A stretch of 64,000 bases of DNA from Escherichia coli (GTDB taxonomy: Bacteria > Pseudomonadota > Gammaproteobacteria > Enterobacterales > Enterobacteriaceae), in assembly GCF_003991155.1 (NCBI RefSeq), contig NZ_CP031293.1, one strand, 5' to 3'. A program made the translations under genes and the position numbers. Positions 24,181 through 36,412 of this stretch are shown here, piece after piece. The first letter of the stretch is position 1, and each line of letters starts with the position of its first letter. The notes beneath the pieces are model-generated. The model made no database searches, was not told the origin of the DNA, and worked only from the letters and a program-made list of their open reading frames with translations.

Positions 24181-25335
24181 TTACTTCAGACCGGCAGCAT
24201 CACGCAGCAGCTGCGCTTTGTCGGTTTTTTCCCACGGGAAATGTTCACGACCAAAGTGACCGTATGCTGCGGTTTCTTTGTAGATCGGGTGCAGCAGATC
24301 CAGCATCTGAATCAGACCGTATGGGCGCAGGTCGAAGAATTCACGTACCAGCAGAGTCAGTTGTTCAGAAGGCACTTTCTCAGTACCGAAAGTTTCTACC
24401 ATGATGGAAGTCGGTTCAGCCACGCCGATTGCGTAGGAAACCTGAATTTCACAACGATCGGCCAGGCCAGCAGCAACAATGTTTTTCGCGACATAACGTG
24501 CTGCGTAGGCTGCGGAACGGTCCACTTTTGATGGATCTTTACCAGAGAATGCACCGCCACCGTGACGCGCCATGCCGCCGTAGGTATCAACGATGATTTT
24601 ACGACCAGTCAGACCGCAGTCACCCATCGGGCCACCGATAACGAAACGACCGGTCGGGTTGATGAAGAATTTGGTGGCAGAAGTCAGCCATTCAGCGGGC
24701 AGAATCGGCTTGATGATCTCTTCCATTACCGCTTCTTGCAGCGATTTCTGGTCGATCTCTTCAGAGTGCTGAGTGGAAAGCACGACAGCATCAATGCCAA
24801 CGATTTTGCCGTCGTCATACTGGAAAGTCACCTGGCTTTTCGCGTCCGGGCGCAGCCACGGCAGAGTGCCGTTTTTACGCACTTCAGCCTGACGCTGTAC
24901 CAGACGGTGTGCATAAGTGATAGGTGCTGGCATCAGCACGTCGGTTTCATTAGTTGCGTAGCCAAACATCAGACCCTGGTCACCTGCGCCCTGTTCCAGC
25001 GGATCGGCACGGTCAACGCCCTGGTTGATGTCAGGAGACTGTTTACCGATGGCGCTCAGAACCGCACAGGAGTTAGCGTCAAAGCCCATGTCGGAATGCA
25101 CATAGCCAATTTCGCGAACGGTATTACGGGTGATCTCTTCGATGTCTACCCAGGCGCTGGTGGTGATTTCGCCGCCAACTAAAACCATGCCGGTTTTTAC
25201 GTAGGTTTCGCAAGCAACGCGTGCTTTCGGATCCTGTTCGAGGATCGCGTCTAAAACGGCATCAGAGATTTGGTCAGCAATTTTGTCAGGATGCCCTTCA
25301 GAGACGGACTCGGACGTAAAAAGGTGTTTTGCCAT
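24181..25335 (-). CDS. metK: S-adenosylmethionine synthetase
   Basis: 384 aa from '[32 protein letters not shown]'. Confidence 0.97.
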
Positions 25336-25375
25336 ATTTAATATCACCTAAAGAGAATTTGGTTAGCTCAAACTG

Positions 25376-25642
25376 TTGTGTGGATTTTCTGTGGTAGCGG
25401 ATCCTACCACGACTCTGCAGGTTAAAAACACTGGCAGTCTGAGTGTTAATCGGTATGGATGGATTAACATCTGGATGGCTATTTTAGGTCAGTTCTTCAC
25501 CCAATTTCCACTTTTTTTTGAATCGTGTCTCATTCTGTTAAAAACGTGGCTGGAAATTTTTCCTGACAATGCTGGCATTCTGCGTATTTATCTTTTGCAA
25601 TTTTCTGCCATTGTGGGGTATAAAACGCGGCGCGCGGCTTAA
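25376..25642 (+). CDS. Small ORF of unknown function in the metK-speA divergent region (positional equivalent of yqgD; uncertain)
   Basis: 88-codon ORF in the ORF track; no recognisable domain; could be non-coding promoter DNA. Confidence 0.25.
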   Translation: MCGFSVVADPTTTLQVKNTGSLSVNRYGWINIWMAILGQFFTQFPLFFESCLILLKTWLEIFPDNAGILRIYLLQFSAIVGYKTRRAA

Positions 25643-25854
25643 ATAAAAAGCACACGACGTTTCTTTCGTGTTGCCACTTCCAGCCGGGTTGAAAACAGAG
25701 TTTTGGCTTGTGGGTTCGTCTTAACAGGCGGCCGTGGAGGTGATACGAAATAATGAACCGTTGTCTGCTGCTTAACCTGTCTCACCGTTCTGGTGAAGAT
25801 TCGTTCCCCGCACTCTGCATCTCTGCTTTGCATACCTGCCGATGTTATACCCAT
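25639..25854 (-). CDS. Small ORF of unknown function (71 aa; positional and length equivalent of yqgC; uncertain)
   Basis: 71-codon ORF; the length matches the small K-12 gene annotated at this position, but the sequence is not independently recognisable. Confidence 0.25.
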   Translation of the reverse strand: MGITSAGMQSRDAECGERIFTRTVRQVKQQTTVHYFVSPPRPPVKTNPQAKTLFSTRLEVATRKKRRVLFI

Positions 25855-25989
25855 CTCGGCGCTTCTCAGGATTCAAGAGCTGGTTACAGCTACTGAGGAC
25901 TGAACAAGGGCGCTCTTGTAAAAACAAGAGTTTTCTCGTGGTTTCGCCGAACTGTCACACTTACGTTCGGTTATGTGCTTAATAATGTT

Positions 25990-26121
25990 ATGAAAAAGAA
26001 ACCGGTTGCGCAGTTGGAGCGTCAGCATTCACTGCTGGAAAATCCATGTGCTTATGGGTTGTTATCGCAGTTCCAGGCTGCGATAGTCGTTAACTGTTTT
26101 ACACTTAATAAAATAATTTGA
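25990..26121 (+). CDS. yqgB: Small acid-stress protein YqgB (43 aa), immediately upstream of speA
   Basis: Manual translation: [43 protein letters not shown]; not in the ORF track (below the length cutoff). Confidence 0.8.
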
Positions 26122-26129
26122 GGTTCGCT

Positions 26130-28106
26130 ATGTCTGACGACATGTCTATGGGTTTGCCTTCGTCAGCGGGCGAACACGGTGTACTACGCTCCATGCAGGA
26201 GGTTGCAATGAGCTCCCAGGAAGCCAGCAAGATGCTGCGTACTTACAATATTGCCTGGTGGGGCAATAACTACTATGACGTTAACGAGCTGGGCCACATC
26301 AGCGTGTGCCCGGACCCGGACGTCCCGGAAGCTCGCGTCGATCTCGCGCAGTTAGTGAAAACTCGCGAAGCACAGGGTCAGCGTCTGCCTGCACTGTTCT
26401 GTTTCCCACAGATCCTGCAGCACCGTTTGCGTTCCATTAACGCCGCGTTCAAACGAGCGCGGGAATCCTACGGCTATAACGGCGATTACTTCCTCGTTTA
26501 TCCGATCAAAGTTAACCAGCACCGCCGCGTGATTGAGTCCCTGATTCATTCGGGCGAACCGCTGGGCCTGGAAGCCGGTTCCAAAGCCGAGTTGATGGCG
26601 GTGCTGGCACATGCTGGCATGACCCGTAGCGTCATCGTCTGCAACGGTTATAAGGACCGCGAATATATCCGCCTGGCATTAATTGGCGAGAAGATGGGCC
26701 ACAAGGTCTATCTGGTCATTGAGAAGATGTCAGAAATTGCCATTGTGCTGGATGAAGCAGAACGTCTGAATGTCGTTCCTCGTCTGGGCGTGCGTGCACG
26801 TCTGGCGTCGCAAGGCTCGGGTAAATGGCAGTCCTCCGGCGGGGAAAAATCGAAGTTTGGCCTGGCGGCGACTCAAGTACTGCAACTGGTTGAAACGCTG
26901 CGTGAAGCCGGGCGTCTCGACAGCCTGCAACTGCTGCACTTCCACCTCGGTTCGCAGATGGCGAATATTCGCGATATCGCGACAGGCGTTCGTGAATCCG
27001 CGCGTTTCTATGTGGAACTGCACAAGCTGGGCGTCAATATTCAGTGCTTCGACGTCGGCGGCGGTCTGGGCGTGGACTATGAAGGCACCCGTTCTCAGTC
27101 TGACTGCTCCGTAAACTACGGCCTCAATGAATACGCCAACAACATCATCTGGGCGATTGGTGATGCGTGTGAAGAAAATGGTCTGCCACATCCGACGGTA
27201 ATCACCGAATCGGGTCGTGCGGTGACTGCGCATCACACCGTGCTGGTGTCGAATATCATCGGCGTGGAACGTAACGAATACACGGTGCCGACCGCGCCTG
27301 CAGAAGATGCACCGCGCGCCCTGCAAAGCATGTGGGAAACCTGGCAGGAAATGCACGAACCGGGAACTCGCCGTTCTCTGCGTGAATGGTTACACGACAG
27401 CCAGATGGATCTGCACGACATTCATATCGGCTACTCTTCCGGCACCTTTAGCCTGCAAGAACGCGCATGGGCTGAGCAGCTTTATTTGAGCATGTGCCAT
27501 GAAGTGCAAAAGCAGCTGGATCCGCAAAACCGTGCTCATCGTCCGATTATCGACGAGCTGCAGGAACGTATGGCGGACAAAATGTACGTCAACTTCTCGC
27601 TGTTCCAGTCGATGCCGGATGCGTGGGGGATCGACCAGTTGTTCCCGGTTCTGCCGCTGGAAGGGCTGGATCAAGTGCCGGAACGCCGCGCTGTGCTGCT
27701 GGATATTACCTGTGACTCAGACGGTGCTATCGACCACTATATTGATGGTGACGGTATTGCCACGACAATGCCTATGCCGGAGTACGATCCGGAGAATCCG
27801 CCGATGCTCGGTTTCTTTATGGTCGGCGCATATCAGGAGATCCTCGGCAACATGCACAACCTGTTCGGTGATACCGAAGCGGTTGACGTGTTCGTCTTCC
27901 CTGATGGTAGCGTAGAGGTAGAACTGTCTGACGAAGGCGATACCGTGGCGGACATGCTGCAATATGTGCAGCTCGATCCGAAAACGCTGTTAACCCAGTT
28001 CCGCGATCAGGTGAAGAAAACCGATCTTGATGCTGAACTGCAACAACAGTTCCTTGAAGAGTTCGAGGCAGGTTTGTACGGTTATACCTATCTTGAAGAT
28101 GAATAA
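26130..28106 (+). CDS. speA: Biosynthetic arginine decarboxylase
   Basis: 658 aa from '[49 protein letters not shown]'. Confidence 0.96.
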
Positions 28107-28122
28107 TTAAGATTATTCCGCT

Positions 28123-28165
28123 GGCGGGGCGATTTATTTACGTAAATCGGCCCGCTTTTTTTTTA
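28123..28165 (+). terminator. Intrinsic terminator after speA
   Basis: 'gcggggcgatttatttacgtaaatcggcccgc' stem followed by a T9 run. Confidence 0.65.
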
Positions 28166-28251
28166 TATATTCTTAAAAATAATTTAGCTGCTTTTCTTAT
28201 TAAATAATCTCCCTACAATCGCTGCATTAATTAAATGCAGAGGGAACGGTT

Positions 28252-28983
28252 ATGAAAAAATGGAAAGTACGTAACGCGTTGATAGCATTAGCCGTGCTGC
28301 TGGCCGGTTGTTCCAGTAATGCGCAGTATAATAGCAGTGCATCGGGTAATGTCGGCACCGCCTGGGGTGGGGATGTGCACTCAACGGTTCAGGGCGTATC
28401 TGCTGAACGAGCCTGGCGCGATCCGGCAGAGATGATCGTTATTAGTTATTCGACTAATGTTCCTTCCGGCTACGACCGCGTTTATAGCATTCGTATTAAC
28501 GAACTGGAATATGCTATTCGCGATGGTAATTTTAAATCTCTACCAATTACGCGGGTTTATGATTCATCCAATAATGAACCACGCTATATTGTCCATGCCA
28601 GAGTCGGAATGAATTATCAATTATATGTCCGTAATTACAGTCGTAACACCAACTACGAGATCGTTGCTACGGTTGATGGCCTGGATGTGCTGAACGGCAA
28701 GCAAGGTTCGCTGAATAACAACGGTTATATTGTGAATGCCGGAGATTCGTTAGCGATTAAAGGATTCCGCAAAGATAAACATACCGAAGCGGCTTTTCAG
28801 TTCGCCAACGTTGCTGATTCCTACGCAGCCAATTCGGCGCAAGGCGATGTGCGTAATACCGGTGTAATCGGCTTTGCCGCCTTTGAATTACAAGGCCCGG
28901 CGAAAAACGCGCTGCCGCCGTGCTCTGGACAAGCCTTTCCGGCAGATAACAATGGCTATGCGCCGCCACCGTGTCGGAAATAG
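28252..28983 (+). CDS. Hypothetical lipoprotein (strain-variable gene between speA and speB)
   Basis: 243-aa ORF with signal peptide plus lipobox 'LLAGCSS'; Asn/Tyr-rich; C-terminal 'PPCSGQ...PPPCRK' Cys pair; good SD-to-ATG context; no gene at this position in K-12 as far as I recall. Confidence 0.7.
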   Translation: MKKWKVRNALIALAVLLAGCSSNAQYNSSASGNVGTAWGGDVHSTVQGVSAERAWRDPAEMIVISYSTNVPSGYDRVYSIRINELEYAIRDGNFKSLPITRVYDSSNNEPRYIVHARVGMNYQLYVRNYSRNTNYEIVATVDGLDVLNGKQGSLNNNGYIVNAGDSLAIKGFRKDKHTEAAFQFANVADSYAANSAQGDVRNTGVIGFAAFELQGPAKNALPPCSGQAFPADNNGYAPPPCRK

Positions 28984-29118
28984 CAACCTCGCTTGATGCC
29001 TCGCCCATTTAAGGCGATAATTAGCACAAACTTGTGTTTCGCAAATCCAACCCTTCCTCGTCGGGCCTAACGACGCGGAAGGGTTTTTTTATATCGACTT
29101 TGTAATAGGAGTCCATCC

Positions 29119-30039
29119 ATGAGCACCTTAGGTCATCAATACGATAACTCACTGGTTTCCAACGCCTTTGGTTTTTTACGCCTGCCGATGAACTTCCAGC
29201 CGTATGACAGCGATGCTGACTGGGTGATTACTGGCGTGCCGTTCGATATGGCCACTTCTGGCCGTGCGGGGGGGCGCCACGGTCCGGCAGCGATCCGTCA
29301 GGTTTCGACGAATCTGGCCTGGGAACACAATCGCTTCCCGTGGAATTTCGACATGCGTGAGCGCCTGAACGTCGTGGACTGCGGCGATCTGGTATATGCC
29401 TTCGGAGATGCCCGTGAGATGAGCGAGAAGCTGCAGGCGCACGCCGAGAAGCTGCTGGCTGCCGGTAAGCGTATGCTCTCCTTCGGTGGTGACCACTTTG
29501 TGACGCTGCCACTGCTGCGCGCTCATGCGAAGCATTTCGGCAAAATGGCGTTGGTACACTTTGATGCCCACACCGATACCTATGCGAACGGTTGTGAATT
29601 TGACCACGGCACCATGTTCTATACCGCGCCGAAAGAAGGTCTGATCGACCCGAATCATTCTGTGCAGATTGGTATTCGTACCGAGTTTGATAAAGACAAC
29701 GGCTTTACCGTGCTGGACGCCTGCCAGGTGAACGATCGCAGCGTGGATGACATTATCGCCCAGGTGAAACAGATTGTGGGTGATATGCCGGTTTACCTGA
29801 CCTTTGATATCGACTGCCTGGATCCTGCTTTTGCACCAGGCACCGGTACGCCGGTAATTGGCGGCCTGACCTCCGATCGCGCCATTAAACTGGTACGCGG
29901 CTTGAAAGATCTCAACATCGTTGGGATGGACGTAGTGGAGGTGGCTCCGGCATACGATCAGTCGGAAATCACCGCTCTGGCTGCGGCGACGCTGGCGCTG
30001 GAGATGCTGTATATCCAGGCGGCGAAAAAGGGCGAGTAA
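29119..30039 (+). CDS. speB: Agmatinase
   Basis: 306 aa '[56 protein letters not shown]'; ureohydrolase Mn-binding motifs 'GGDHFVT' and 'DAHTDT'. Confidence 0.96.
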   Translation: MSTLGHQYDNSLVSNAFGFLRLPMNFQPYDSDADWVITGVPFDMATSGRAGGRHGPAAIRQVSTNLAWEHNRFPWNFDMRERLNVVDCGDLVYAFGDAREMSEKLQAHAEKLLAAGKRMLSFGGDHFVTLPLLRAHAKHFGKMALVHFDAHTDTYANGCEFDHGTMFYTAPKEGLIDPNHSVQIGIRTEFDKDNGFTVLDACQVNDRSVDDIIAQVKQIVGDMPVYLTFDIDCLDPAFAPGTGTPVIGGLTSDRAIKLVRGLKDLNIVGMDVVEVAPAYDQSEITALAAATLALEMLYIQAAKKGE

Positions 30040-30076
30040 GCGCCAGATAAGAGGCGCGCGGGTGATGTGCCATTAA

Positions 30077-30113
<37 letters not shown>

Positions 30114-30129
30114 TCGGCACTACCTGGCT

Positions 30130-30888
30130 TTACTTAACTCCATCCGCGCTCATACGATCGCGAATATGCTGGGCGCGTTCGGCGGATGCAGGATGGTCGT
30201 CAAACATTGAGCTTTGGCGGCCTTCTTCTAGTTTCGCCAGTTTTTCAAAGCTGGTGGCAAGACCTGCCGGGCTGATACCGCGTTGGCGCAGCAAATCGTA
30301 GGAGTAATCATCGGCCTCTGATTCCTGACGTTGGGTAAATTGCGAATTGACTAGCTTTTCGCCCAGGTCTCCCAGTTGTGATTGTGACAAACTGCCGACA
30401 ATTCCGCCTGCAGAGGCCGCCGCAACGCGAATTGCGTTTGTACCAAGTGCTACCTGCATTCCTTTCTTCACATGGCCTAATGCCACGTGCCCCATTTCGT
30501 GACCGAGCACCGCTTCGACTTCGTTATCCGTCATCATATCCATCAGCCCGCTATAGACGCGGATACAGCCGTTAGCCATTGCAAAGGCGTTCACATTCTT
30601 CGCCATATACACTTTGTAATTCACCGGCTGACCGTTGATGTTATCGCCTAACGCGCGAGAAATTGTCGTCAGACGTCTAGCATATTCGCTATTGGCTGGC
30701 GCAATCGTCGCTTTGCTGTCCATCTCCTGGCATGCCTGATCGCTCAGTTTTTTCACCTGCGCATCACTCAAACTGTAAGCCTGAAAAGCTTCCGCTCCTG
30801 ATGAGAGCAGTCCACTGGAGTCCATATTCTGGCAACCGGTCAGCACCGTAGCCACGCTCATTGCTACCAATAAGGCGCGAATTTTCAT
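30130..30888 (-). CDS. loiP: Outer-membrane M48 metalloprotease lipoprotein LoiP (YggG)
   Basis: 252 aa from 'MKIRALLVAMSVATVLTGCQN'; 'HEMGHVALGH' HExxH zinc motif. Confidence 0.9.
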   Translation of the reverse strand: MKIRALLVAMSVATVLTGCQNMDSSGLLSSGAEAFQAYSLSDAQVKKLSDQACQEMDSKATIAPANSEYARRLTTISRALGDNINGQPVNYKVYMAKNVNAFAMANGCIRVYSGLMDMMTDNEVEAVLGHEMGHVALGHVKKGMQVALGTNAIRVAAASAGGIVGSLSQSQLGDLGEKLVNSQFTQRQESEADDYSYDLLRQRGISPAGLATSFEKLAKLEEGRQSSMFDDHPASAERAQHIRDRMSADGVK

Positions 30889-31165
30889 GTTTTCTCTTCC
30901 GCACAAGGTCAGGATTATTCTAAAAATGCGCCGTTTGCAGGTGAATCGACGCTCAGTCTCAGTATAAGGAAAAGCGCAGCGGACGGGCGAGTGGATTGCG
31001 CAACATGCGAGCATGATCCAGAGATTTCTGAAGCGGCAAAAGGATGTTCCATGTACATGACGAGCGGCTTGCGGTAAATTGTTGGCAAATTTTCCGGCGT
31101 AGCCCAAAACGCGCTGTCGTCAAGTCGTTAAGGGCGTGCCCTTCATCATCCGATCTGGAGTCAAA

Positions 31166-33157
31166 ATGTCCTCACGTAAAGAGCTTGCCAATGCTATTCG
31201 TGCGCTGAGCATGGACGCAGTACAGAAAGCCAAATCCGGTCACCCGGGTGCCCCTATGGGTATGGCTGACATTGCCGAAGTCCTGTGGCGTGATTTCCTG
31301 AAACACAACCCGCAGAATCCGTCCTGGGCTGACCGTGACCGCTTCGTGCTGTCCAACGGCCACGGCTCCATGCTGATCTACAGCCTGCTGCACCTCACCG
31401 GTTACGATCTGCCGATGGAAGAACTGAAAAACTTCCGTCAGCTGCACTCTAAAACTCCGGGTCACCCGGAAGTGGGTTACACCGCAGGTGTAGAAACCAC
31501 CACCGGTCCGCTGGGTCAGGGTATTGCCAACGCAGTCGGTATGGCGATTGCAGAAAAAACGCTGGCGGCGCAGTTTAACCGTCCGGGCCACGACATCGTC
31601 GACCACTACACCTACGCCTTCATGGGCGACGGCTGCATGATGGAAGGCATCTCCCACGAAGTTTGCTCTCTGGCGGGTACGCTGAAGCTGGGTAAACTGA
31701 TTGCGTTCTACGATGACAACGGTATTTCTATCGATGGTCACGTTGAAGGCTGGTTTACCGACGACACCGCAATGCGTTTCGAAGCTTACGGCTGGCACGT
31801 TATTCGCGATATCGACGGTCATGACGCGGCATCCATCAAACGCGCAGTAGAAGAAGCGCGCGCAGTGACTGACAAACCGTCCCTGCTGATGTGCAAAACC
31901 ATCATCGGTTTCGGTTCCCCGAACAAAGCCGGTACCCACGACTCCCACGGTGCGCCGCTGGGCGACGCTGAAATTGCCCTGACCCGCGAACAGCTGGGCT
32001 GGAAATACGCGCCGTTCGAAATCCCGTCTGAAATCTATGCTCAGTGGGATGCGAAAGAAGCAGGCCAGGCGAAAGAGTCCGCATGGAACGAGAAATTCGC
32101 TGCTTACGCGAAAGCTTATCCGCAGGAAGCCGCTGAATTTACCCGCCGTATGAAAGGCGAAATGCCGTCTGACTTCGACGCGAAAGCGAAAGAGTTCATT
32201 GCTAAACTTCAGGCTAATCCGGCGAAAATCGCCAGCCGTAAAGCGTCTCAGAATGCTATCGAAGCGTTCGGTCCGCTGTTGCCGGAATTCCTCGGCGGCT
32301 CCGCTGACCTTGCTCCGTCTAACCTGACCCTGTGGTCTGGTTCTAAAGCAATCAACGAAGATGCTGCAGGTAACTACATCCACTACGGTGTTCGCGAGTT
32401 CGGTATGACCGCGATTGCTAACGGTATCTCCCTGCACGGTGGTTTCCTGCCGTATACCTCAACCTTCCTGATGTTCGTGGAATACGCACGTAATGCCGTA
32501 CGTATGGCTGCGCTGATGAAACAGCGTCAGGTGATGGTTTACACCCACGACTCCATCGGTCTGGGCGAAGATGGCCCGACTCACCAGCCGGTAGAACAGA
32601 TCGCTTCTCTGCGCGTGACCCCGAACATGTCTACATGGCGTCCGTGTGACCAGGTTGAATCCGCAGTAGCGTGGAAATACGGCGTTGAGCGTCAGGACGG
32701 CCCGACTGCGCTTATCCTCTCCCGTCAGAACCTGGCGCAGCAGGAACGTACTGAAGAGCAGCTGGCAAACATCGCGCGCGGTGGTTATGTGCTGAAAGAC
32801 TGTGCTGGTCAGCCGGAACTGATCTTCATCGCGACCGGTTCTGAAGTTGAACTGGCTGTTGCCGCCTACGAAAAACTGACTGCCGAAGGCGTGAAAGCGC
32901 GCGTGGTTTCCATGCCGTCTACCGACGCATTCGACAAGCAGGACGCGGCTTACCGTGAATCCGTACTGCCGAAAGCGGTTACCGCTCGTGTTGCGGTGGA
33001 AGCTGGCATTGCTGACTACTGGTACAAGTATGTTGGCCTGAACGGTGCTATCGTCGGCATGACCACCTTCGGTGAATCTGCTCCGGCAGAGCAGCTGTTT
33101 GAAGAGTTCGGCTTCACCGTTGACAACGTTGTTGCGAAAGCAAAAGCGCTGCTGTAA
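31166..33157 (+). CDS. tktA: Transketolase 1
   Basis: 663 aa from '[41 protein letters not shown]'; TPP-binding motif 'GDGCMMEG'. Confidence 0.97.
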   Translation: MSSRKELANAIRALSMDAVQKAKSGHPGAPMGMADIAEVLWRDFLKHNPQNPSWADRDRFVLSNGHGSMLIYSLLHLTGYDLPMEELKNFRQLHSKTPGHPEVGYTAGVETTTGPLGQGIANAVGMAIAEKTLAAQFNRPGHDIVDHYTYAFMGDGCMMEGISHEVCSLAGTLKLGKLIAFYDDNGISIDGHVEGWFTDDTAMRFEAYGWHVIRDIDGHDAASIKRAVEEARAVTDKPSLLMCKTIIGFGSPNKAGTHDSHGAPLGDAEIALTREQLGWKYAPFEIPSEIYAQWDAKEAGQAKESAWNEKFAAYAKAYPQEAAEFTRRMKGEMPSDFDAKAKEFIAKLQANPAKIASRKASQNAIEAFGPLLPEFLGGSADLAPSNLTLWSGSKAINEDAAGNYIHYGVREFGMTAIANGISLHGGFLPYTSTFLMFVEYARNAVRMAALMKQRQVMVYTHDSIGLGEDGPTHQPVEQIASLRVTPNMSTWRPCDQVESAVAWKYGVERQDGPTALILSRQNLAQQERTEEQLANIARGGYVLKDCAGQPELIFIATGSEVELAVAAYEKLTAEGVKARVVSMPSTDAFDKQDAAYRESVLPKAVTARVAVEAGIADYWYKYVGLNGAIVGMTTFGESAPAEQLFEEFGFTVDNVVAKAKALL

Positions 33158-33176
33158 TCGGTAAGATGTTTTGTGA

Positions 33177-33198
33177 GAAGGGCCGCAAATGCGGCCCT
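33177..33198 (+). terminator. Stem-loop after the tktA stop (probable terminator)
   Basis: 'agggccgcaaatgcggccct'; weak downstream T-tract. Confidence 0.45.
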
Positions 33199-33229
33199 TC
33201 AGATTGTTGGCAAAGTGCGCGTTGTTTAT

Positions 33230-33266
33230 GCCGGATGCGGCGTGAACGCCTTATCCGTCCTACAAG
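33230..33266. repeat. REP element (left partner of the BIME that carries the IS insertion)
   Basis: 'gccggatgcggcgtgaacgccttatccgtcctacaag'. Confidence 0.8.
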
Positions 33267-33297
33267 ATTTTGCAAATTCAACATATTGCAGGAAGTA

Positions 33298-33357
<60 letters not shown>

Positions 33358-33386
33358 GCCAGACACAGCGCCGTCAGGCGCTGTTG

Positions 33387-34606
<1,220 letters not shown>

Positions 34607-34631
34607 AGTTTTGTCTTTGCTATCAGTCTCA

Positions 34632-34660
34632 AGGGCCGCGAAAGCGGCCCTTTTTTTACT
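34632..34660 (+). terminator. Intrinsic terminator (plus-strand T-tract) between the REP and the convergent SPFH gene
   Basis: 'gggccgcgaaagcggccc' stem followed by 'ttttttt'. Confidence 0.6.
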
Positions 34661-35564
34661 TAGTAGAGATAAACGGAACTGTGCTGCCGGGGATCATGGT
34701 ATCGGGCAGTTTACCGTCCCAACGCTCAGCAGTGGTGAGGGCAACAAGTCCGGGATTCTCCCGCAGAGCTTCACCGCGCAGGCGGATAGCTTCTGCTTCA
34801 GCCGCACTTTTTAAACGAATAGTTTCAGCCTCTGCCGCGCCTCTTACGCGAATAGTTTCCGCTTCTGCTTTGGCTGCCGCTAGTTTACTGTCTGCTTCCG
34901 CCTGGGCCTGAGTTACCGCTATTTGCGCCTGGATTTTCTCCGTTTCCAGATTTTGCTTACGCGTGGCAATGGCGACTTCTGCTTTCATTCGGTCTTCAAT
35001 CGACTTTTCATAAGCGTCAGAAAAATCAATATTTTCAATCTGGACCCCGTCAATTACCACTGGCCCAACAACGGCTTTGCGCATGGCATTTTGCAGATCC
35101 TGAACCAGTTTTGTGCGATCCTGTACGGCGCTGATGGCGGTATATTGTCCGAAAACGTTCTCCAGTTGAGTTGGCAACTGACGGACAATCAGACGATCTT
35201 TTAATGCTTCAATGGTGTTGTAGGTGGTATAAACCGCGCCTGCTTCTGAAGGTTTAATGTGGAAGCTGACTGATACTGTCATTTGTGCCGGTTGCTGGTC
35301 GCGGCTGTAGGCCTGTAATCCCTGATAGACCACAGCCTGATTACGCGTGGAAATTTTCTCTACGCTTTCCATAAAAGGGATCTTAAAACCCAGCCCCGGC
35401 TCGGCAACTTTTACGATTTTTCCGTAGCGCAGCAAAATGCCGCGTTCACCTTCATTAACGGTGTAATACGAGAGAAATGGCAGCACAACCACGGCAAGCA
35501 CGCCAATGGCGATAGCAAGAGATTTTTGTGGGCGAAATGAGGTTAATGAAACAGGTGCTTTCAT
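34656..35564 (-). CDS. SPFH/band-7 (prohibitin/flotillin-like) membrane protein
   Basis: 302 aa; N-terminal TM helix 'LAIAIGVLAVVVLPFLSYY', SPFH core, then an Ala/Glu-rich coiled-coil with repeats 'AEAETIRVRGAAEAETIRLKSAAEAEAIRLRGEA'. Not one of the four K-12 SPFH proteins (HflK, HflC, QmcA, YqiK) as far as I recall. Confidence 0.85.
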   Translation of the reverse strand: MKAPVSLTSFRPQKSLAIAIGVLAVVVLPFLSYYTVNEGERGILLRYGKIVKVAEPGLGFKIPFMESVEKISTRNQAVVYQGLQAYSRDQQPAQMTVSVSFHIKPSEAGAVYTTYNTIEALKDRLIVRQLPTQLENVFGQYTAISAVQDRTKLVQDLQNAMRKAVVGPVVIDGVQIENIDFSDAYEKSIEDRMKAEVAIATRKQNLETEKIQAQIAVTQAQAEADSKLAAAKAEAETIRVRGAAEAETIRLKSAAEAEAIRLRGEALRENPGLVALTTAERWDGKLPDTMIPGSTVPFISTK

Positions 35565-35941
35565 ATGAATCTTCCTTGAGTAAAGTATAGGAATATGTCA
35601 CATGGGGTGATGAGAAAACAGACAACAGCCGATAATTCAGAATTTATAAAGGGGATGAGCGAAAAAATAATAAACGTAATAAGTATGTTTTCGAACATTC
35701 AATAAGAAAATAGAGATGTGTATCACAAATATAGTGATGAATAATTTGTTGATTTTGTAGTTTACTTAACAGATTTATAATTGACTTTTTAAAAGCTTAT
35801 TTCATGTTGTTGTTATTTAATATTTTGTTATTTTTGCTCGTGGAGTTTCTCCTTTCATGTGTCCAATTGCTTTCGTTAATTTGTACGCGTATTTTATTTT
35901 TACCGCCGGACTGTACCCTAAAAATAAAATAAGGATAATTT

Positions 35942-36385
35942 ATGCGGCTTATTGATTATTTTCCAGAGTCATCAATCTCAGTTATACATTCAGCAAAAGA
36001 TTGGCAGGAAGCTATCGATTTCTCGATGGTATCATTGCTGGATAAAAACTATATCAGCGAGAATTACATTCAGGCAATTAAAGGTTCCACCATTAACAAT
36101 GGCCCTTATTATATTCTCGCACCAGGCGTGGCAATGCCTCATGCACGACCGGAATGTGGGGCGCTTAAAACCGGGATGTCTTTGACATTACTTAAACAAG
36201 GTGTTTATTTTCCGGGGAATGACGAACCAATTAAATTACTCATCGGGCTTTCTGCTGCCGATGCCGATTCGCACATTGGCGCTATTCAGGCGTTAAGTGA
36301 ATTACTGTGCGAAGAAGAAATACTCGAACAACTCTTAACAGCATCATCAGAAAAACAATTAGCGGGCATTATCAGCCGCGGATAA
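35942..36385 (+). CDS. cmtB: PTS mannitol-type EIIA component (cryptic)
   Basis: 147 aa 'MRLIDYFPESSISVIHSAKDWQEAIDF...'; EIIA(Mtl/Fru) His motif 'GVAMPHARP'. Confidence 0.88.
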   Translation: MRLIDYFPESSISVIHSAKDWQEAIDFSMVSLLDKNYISENYIQAIKGSTINNGPYYILAPGVAMPHARPECGALKTGMSLTLLKQGVYFPGNDEPIKLLIGLSAADADSHIGAIQALSELLCEEEILEQLLTASSEKQLAGIISRG

Positions 36386-36412
36386 TTACTCTCTCCTCTA
36401 CAGGATAATATT

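Noticed and set aside
31172-32437. 421-aa minus-strand ORF inside tktA, and similar long antisense ORFs in ansB (11484-12401), pgk (45039-45737), fbaA (46338-47369), metK (24562-25182), speB (29176-29658) and mscS (48070-48519)
   Set aside because: These are antisense shadows of highly expressed, codon-biased genes. The sense-strand products are unambiguous full-length enzymes; the antisense translations are low-complexity and Arg/Val/His-rich.
33261-33266. 'tacaag' present at both edges of the inserted region (33261-33266 and 34576-34581), which could be read as a 6-bp target-site duplication
   Set aside because: With the ends placed at 33301 and 34579 the element is exactly 1279 bp and both junctions fit the core-dinucleotide (CT) model with the expected donor and target arms. 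The 34 bp between the REP and the IS end is native spacer, and the repeated 'tacaag' is REP sequence on one side and the donor arm on the other.
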